From IMG/VR virus record IMGVR_UViG_3300013121_000025, positions 89,653 to 153,652 of that record: a stretch of 64,000 bases of DNA; one strand, written 5' to 3'. Source of the DNA: a virus. Its lineage: Duplodnaviria > Caudoviricetes. A program made the translations under genes and the position numbers. Under the pieces are notes generated by a model, which ran no database searches, was not told where the DNA came from, and was given only the letters and a program-made list of their open reading frames with translations. Shown here one piece after another: positions 59,356 through 64,000 of this stretch. Positions within the stretch are counted from its first letter, which is position 1, and every line of letters begins with the position of its first letter.

Positions 59356-60137
59356 AATTAAATGAAATTGCTCCTCCTTTTATTGAACGAGTGCCTACCT
59401 TTCCTTATTGGAAAGATGTATTAAATTCTGATGGTAATTTTATATATTCTGAACTGTATTCTATATTAGAAACACTTAAACAAGAGGAAGGTACGAGAAG
59501 AAGACGTTTTACAGATTTGGAAGATCGTCTATTAGAAGAAGATACTTTTCCATATATGTTACTTAAATATGCATTATATCTTGACACGAGATGGATAGAA
59601 GCGGAATCAAGAATCGCGTTAGATGCTAGTGTTGCTTTAGAATATGCTTATTATGTGATTAAAGGGAGATTTAAAATTGCCGAAAAGACAATTTTAAGAA
59701 GTAGTTCATGGAAAGAATACATATTGCAGATTATCTTCGATAAGCAAATTGAAGCACCAGAAATTGAACAGTTTCTCGCTAAAAAAGACGTTTCAATGTT
59801 AGTACAATATTGTCTTAAAATTAAGAAAAGATTACCACAATATGAAGATATAATTGTAAAAACTAAATTACATACTGCATATTCATATTGTATCAATTTA
59901 ATTAAAGAACCGTGGCCAGAACTTGAGGAACGTATATTATCAGAACCAATTCCATCTGTTCCTTCACAAGCTTACGATTGGTTCGAGGTAGTCGGTCTTT
60001 ACAATTATATGGTTAAAAAAGAATATTGGCCAGAAGTGATTGAGAAAGTCGAGAGCCACTATGGTCCAAATTCTGATAAACCGTATGCCGTTTCAGGTCA
60101 TTTTAGTAGAATGCAATCGTTGAAATACAAAAATTAA
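59352..60137 (+). CDS. Helical-repeat hypothetical protein, paralogue 2
   Basis: Repeats RWIEAESRI, GRFKIAEKTI, PWPELEERI, YWPEV. Confidence 0.65.
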   Translation: MKLNEIAPPFIERVPTFPYWKDVLNSDGNFIYSELYSILETLKQEEGTRRRRFTDLEDRLLEEDTFPYMLLKYALYLDTRWIEAESRIALDASVALEYAYYVIKGRFKIAEKTILRSSSWKEYILQIIFDKQIEAPEIEQFLAKKDVSMLVQYCLKIKKRLPQYEDIIVKTKLHTAYSYCINLIKEPWPELEERILSEPIPSVPSQAYDWFEVVGLYNYMVKKEYWPEVIEKVESHYGPNSDKPYAVSGHFSRMQSLKYKN

Positions 60138-60148
60138 TATGATATAAT
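60120..60148 (+). promoter_or_regulatory. Sigma70-type promoter for the Thg1-like gene
   Basis: (G)TTGAAA-17nt-TATAAT. Confidence 0.8.
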
Positions 60149-60172
60149 TACTCTTTAATAGGAGTAATTTTT

Positions 60173-60934
60173 ATGTCTAATGATTCATTGGGCGATCGCA
60201 TGAAGAGGTATGAAAAGGTTTCTGAAAACTATCTTATCCGTCGCACCCCTGTTGTAATAAGAATTGATGGTAAAGCATTTCACACATTAACTGCATCTTT
60301 GCCAGAAAAATTTGATAATAGATTGCATTACTGTATGGTTCAAACTATGCGGAAAACGTGTGAGAAAATGCAAGGTGCTGTTCTTGGTTATACGCAATCA
60401 GATGAGATTTCTATTATCTTACGTGATTGGGATACTATTAGAACTGAGGCGTGGTTTGATTATCGTCAAAACAAAATGGAATCTGTTGCTGCGAGTATGG
60501 CTACAGCGTTCTTTAATGATATTGCAAAAAGCATACCTGAATTTAAATTAAACATGGCATTTTTTGATGCCCGTGCTTTTAATCTTCCTAAAGAGGAAGT
60601 AACAAACTATTTGAGATGGCGTCAACAAGATGCTGAACGAAATAGTGTTCAAACATATGCTCGTGAATTTTTTAGTAATAAAGAATTACATGGTAAATCA
60701 AATAGAGAAGCCATAACTATGTTAGATAATATTGGTAACTCGTGGCAACAACTAGACACATGGAAGAAACGTGGAACGTGTTGGATAGGAACAGATATTA
60801 GAAAAGGAACAATAGACAATGGTCGATTTAGTTCCGTTGATTTAATTTCTGGATTAGATGAAAATATCCCTGTCTTTACACAAGATCGTGAATATACTGA
60901 AACAGCGTTAATGTATATTAAAGAAGATAAATAA
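60173..60934 (+). CDS. tRNA(His) guanylyltransferase Thg1-like protein
   Basis: RMKRYE, IRIDGKAFHT, YTQSDEIS, FDAR, WRQQDAERNS. Confidence 0.93.
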   Translation: MSNDSLGDRMKRYEKVSENYLIRRTPVVIRIDGKAFHTLTASLPEKFDNRLHYCMVQTMRKTCEKMQGAVLGYTQSDEISIILRDWDTIRTEAWFDYRQNKMESVAASMATAFFNDIAKSIPEFKLNMAFFDARAFNLPKEEVTNYLRWRQQDAERNSVQTYAREFFSNKELHGKSNREAITMLDNIGNSWQQLDTWKKRGTCWIGTDIRKGTIDNGRFSSVDLISGLDENIPVFTQDREYTETALMYIKEDK

Positions 60935-60939
60935 TGGAT

Positions 60940-61023
60940 GGTTTACTGGAGCTATTCCAGCCAAGGCCGTCGGTCCTTGCCTCCTTCCACCGACAACGAC
61001 ATAATAACATGAAGGAGAAATAC
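60940..61023 (+). promoter_or_regulatory. Candidate cis-regulatory RNA (pseudoknot with SD) in folE2 leader
   Basis: Stem GTCGGT/ACCGAC with CTCCTTC in the loop, complementary to SD GAAGGAG at 61011-61017; ATAAATA at 60927-60933. Confidence 0.55.
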
Positions 61024-61950
61024 ATGTCAATACAACATCAAAAAACAGAGTTAAAACCATTTGATTGGGATTTAAAAATTACAAAAGATGATATTCCTGA
61101 TCCTCAAAATCTTCATTTCAATGAACACGCAAAAATAACTTTACCAAAAGTTGGGATCACAAAGTTAAGTTTACCAATTAATATCAAGCGTAGATCAGGA
61201 GACGTAATTACTGTTAAAGGAACTATGAGTGCATATGTATCTTTAGATAGTACGGAATCTCGAGGCATTAATATGTCTAGATTAGCAAGATGTTTTTATG
61301 AACATGTTGATGGTAAAGGTTCTGTTGAACTTTTAGAACTAATAAAAGTAGTGGATGATTATCGTAATAAATTACCTGCGAAAGATGGTTATTTAAAAGT
61401 AAGATTTGATTATCCATATAAACAAAAACATTGGCGTGAACCACATCAAGGATGGATGTATTATCCTGTGGAGTTTGAAATCGAAAATAGAAACGGTAAT
61501 TTAAAAACATTTTTAACTATAAAATATACATATAACAGTGCATGTCCGTGTAGTTTAGAGCTTGGGCAATTTTCACGTAATGAGTTAGATACTATTGCAG
61601 TATCACATTCTCAACGCAGTGAAGCCACTATAAAGGTTCAATTTAATCCTTATAGTGATGATTTACTTTGGATTGAAGATATTGTTGACTTGTGTCGAAA
61701 GATACAACCGTCAGAAGTGTTATCTGGAATTGTAACACGAGTCGGAGAATTTAGCATGGCTCAGATGATGGGATCGACAGATGCTGTAGGATTTATCGAA
61801 GATTTGTTACGTAAATTTTGGGCAGGATTTAATAACGAACCGAGAGTATTGGATTTTAGTATTGGATTGGTTCATTTTGAAGCATTAAATGATAATTACG
61901 CTGCAGGATTTATTAATAAATCTAATAATTATGGTGAAGGATTGTCTTGA
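61024..61950 (+). CDS. folE2: GTP cyclohydrolase I, FolE2 (type IB) family
   Basis: PDPQ, KVGI, RGINMSRL, SACPCS, HSQRS; ATG 61024 has a GAAGGAG RBS (the ORF track's 60934 start reads through the leader). Confidence 0.88.
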   Translation: MSIQHQKTELKPFDWDLKITKDDIPDPQNLHFNEHAKITLPKVGITKLSLPINIKRRSGDVITVKGTMSAYVSLDSTESRGINMSRLARCFYEHVDGKGSVELLELIKVVDDYRNKLPAKDGYLKVRFDYPYKQKHWREPHQGWMYYPVEFEIENRNGNLKTFLTIKYTYNSACPCSLELGQFSRNELDTIAVSHSQRSEATIKVQFNPYSDDLLWIEDIVDLCRKIQPSEVLSGIVTRVGEFSMAQMMGSTDAVGFIEDLLRKFWAGFNNEPRVLDFSIGLVHFEALNDNYAAGFINKSNNYGEGLS

Positions 61951-62684
61951 TCTTTAAATTTAAAAATATATCCTTTGTGGGACTTGTATGGTGCAGAGAC
62001 TCCTGTAGGAGTCTCTGAGAACCAATCTCCTCTGCAAATTTTCCATATAGCACTATGATCACATTTTAATTCCTTAGCACAAATGCTAATCGATTCCCAT
62101 TCACCTACGAATTCCATTGTTTCTTTTAAATAAACTAATATTTTTCTTGCGGTAGGTTTACGACGTTTTGCTTGTCGTGCAGCAGTAGACCATTGTTTTC
62201 CTTTTCTTGATTTACTCATATTTTCTGACGTTTCAGGACTACATCCTTTGCCATATAATTGTTTATTTTTTTCTTTAATTTTTAATTGCGCTTCTCTCAT
62301 ATTTAATTTAGCTTGTTCACTACGTTTCATCCCTCTATGTTTTTCGGCTCTTTGTTGTATTGATAGCGGAGTAAATCTTGCTCCTTCGCCTCCTTCAGTT
62401 AAATTACATAGTATTCCTGTATTAATGTCCTTGCGTCCATACAATGTTATAAGTTGTTTTTCACGCTCAAATGCTTCATGTTCAGTATCAAAAAATTCTT
62501 GTTCATATATAATAGTTCCGCCTTTGTTTATTATACTTACAATTTTTCGATGAACAGATCTTTTATACTTGTAAGAGTCTCTTAATGCTTCTGAAGCATG
62601 AGCATACATTCTGGATCCTTTTCCTTTTCCGACATAAAACGGTTGATCATCTAATGAATTTTTTAAAATATAAGTATAAAACAC
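61929..62684 (-). mobile_element. Free-standing GIY-YIG homing endonuclease with NUMOD3/NUMOD1-like DNA-binding tail
   Basis: FYTYIL...FYVGKG...R...H, E..LI..YGR, LCNLTEGGEG, EWESISICAKEL...IWKICRG, HKGYIFKF; CTAAATA at 62714-62720. Confidence 0.85.
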
Positions 62685-62746
62685 GTTGACTTCCTCGATG
62701 TTTTGTATGAAAGTATTTAGTCATGGACAGCAATGAGAATCATAAT

Positions 62747-63621
62747 ATGCAACAAAACTTTATTTTGAATTATAAACACGATCATTGTTTAAAGCAAATG
62801 ATTGATAATCAAATTTGGTATTTTACTGATGCAAGACAACGTGGAATGAAACATGATTCGAAACTGATTCGAAACTGATTCGAACCATTCTTTCTGCTAT
62901 TGTCCATTATTATCATGAATTAAATAAGATGGGTGGATCTGTTGTATCTATACAATACATGAGTTGTCCAGTACGAATAGGATATTTACAAAGATTAGAG
63001 AAAATTACTGGACCGGATGTACATTTTAGTTCTACACCAAGATCATATGCAATAGACGCAGGTTCGAGAAAATTAGTATCAGGACTGACGTTAGAAGTAA
63101 TGCAAGACATACGTTATTTTGATATTTGTAATGAAGTAGCTCAAGCCCTTGGATATGAAGCTGCTGTCGAAACGACGAATGAAATAATGGCTGATATTAA
63201 TCATCTAGCTACTAATCTTGATGTTTTATTCAAACCAAGTAATCAAGAATTAATTGATACAATTAATAAATGTTCAGTCACTATTGCTCACACCACACAT
63301 CAATTATATGATCAAATATTATTAGTAACAGACGATAGATTATGTGCTAGATTATTAAATATTCCGGCATTATCTACTTACACGATACAATATTGTCCCG
63401 ATCGTTTATCTCCTCCTCGTATTTATATGGCTGCTAAGCGCATAGACCATTTAGCAGGTATGATATATGCGCCTTATATTCCTTTTATGATAAGCGATGT
63501 GCCAGTCATCAATCCTGTAACATATCAACCTTATTATACTTTAATGACAAGATATGGAAAAGTAGTAGATGAGCAGTCAGCAAATTTTTATGGTGTAATT
63601 ACTGTGCAAGGTATCGATTAA
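62747..63621 (+). pseudogene. gp23/gp24 capsid-protein paralogue, frameshifted by an 11-bp repeat (3' part intact from ATG 62929)
   Basis: C-term GMIYAPYIP...PVTYQP...LMTRYG is gp23-like; upstream ORF 62747-62878 joins it in frame if one repeat unit is removed. Confidence 0.7.
62854..62886 (+). repeat. Tandem repeat TGATTCGAAAC x3 (third copy TGATTCGAACC)
   Basis: Read directly from the sequence. Confidence 0.95.
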
Positions 63622-63662
63622 AAATACATAGATAAGTATATTAGAATATAGGGAAATAACAT

Positions 63663-64000
63663 ATGACACATACAAATATAGGGAAATTATTAACACAGTG
63701 GTATAAAGTTGAACAATATTTTTTAAAGTTGTTTGGATTAACAACAAAACAACAAATTGAAAAGTATATCGATGCTACTATTCCATCTCTGGCAGATGCT
63801 GATAAGACGACAAGGACCATTTATAAGACATTATTGCAAAATAGTGCTGAACAAGGTAGTAGTAATTATTTAAAAGCATACGATGAACGATTTATGAAGT
63901 TTAAAGATCGGACAGCGCATGTTGAGGAAGTTTGTTCTAATGTTTCATTTACAAAACAAGTGTTAGATAAATTATTACCACCAACGAGAGCATTAGTGGG
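63663..64000 (+). CDS. Hypothetical protein, partial (runs off window)
   Basis: Open frame from ATG 63663: MTHTNIGKLLTQWYKVE...KTLLQN...DKLLPPTRALV; ATAAGTA upstream. Confidence 0.7.
   Translation, partial: MTHTNIGKLLTQWYKVEQYFLKLFGLTTKQQIEKYIDATIPSLADADKTTRTIYKTLLQNSAEQGSSNYLKAYDERFMKFKDRTAHVEEVCSNVSFTKQVLDKLLPPTRALV

Noticed and set aside
60934-61023. 30-aa N-terminal extension of FolE2 in the ORF track
   Set aside because: Strong SD precedes ATG 61024 and the segment looks like structured RNA; not fully excluded because 60934 overlaps the thg1 stop.
62854-62886. Possible CRISPR or iteron repeats
   Set aside because: Three contiguous 11-mers with no spacers, lying inside a coding frame.
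3587-63110. Many 60-150 aa ORFs nested in or antisense to long genes (e.g. 19851-20300, 47912-48256, 41499-41852)
   Set aside because: No RBS or motifs; fully overlap well-supported genes.
1-64000. Stop-codon reassignment as seen in some jumbo phages
   Set aside because: Conserved genes are full length in the standard code, and TAA, TAG and TGA all end genes.

Overview
AT-rich 64 kb segment of a large T4-superfamily (jumbo-type) myovirus genome read in the standard genetic code. Left end (minus strand): a DinG-family helicase and an SbcC/gp46 ATPase, each split in its Walker A motif by a LAGLIDADG intein (one class 1, one Ala-initiated class 3), a Holliday junction resolvase, SbcD/gp47 and a gp55-like late sigma factor. 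8.3-37.7 kb (plus strand): baseplate/tail module (gp53-, hub-, gp5-, gp25-, gp6-like, a 2944-aa wedge protein, two paralogous fibre-like proteins). 38-64 kb: PAAR-M15 peptidase fusion, family B DNA polymerase, clamp, flap nuclease, exonuclease, gp41 helicase, NrdAB/glutaredoxin, Thg1, FolE2, a GIY-YIG endonuclease and a gp23-like paralogue. Sigma70-type promoters (mostly GTTGA-N17-TAwAAT) and T4-type late promoters (nTAAATA) are both readable. The most interesting signals not explained by the ORF track: (1) a riboswitch-like pseudoknot pairing with the Shine-Dalgarno of folE2; (2) a ~390-nt promoter- and terminator-bounded structured non-coding region; (3) about nine dispersed proteins sharing an N-terminal leader ending in (L/I)-X-E, including ADP-ribosyltransferase-like paralogues and an unannotated microprotein; (4) an 11-bp x3 repeat that frameshifts the capsid paralogue; (5) an internally deleted homing endonuclease relic; (6) repeated promoter-in-hairpin RBS switches. 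All product calls come from motif recognition by eye; no database search was run.
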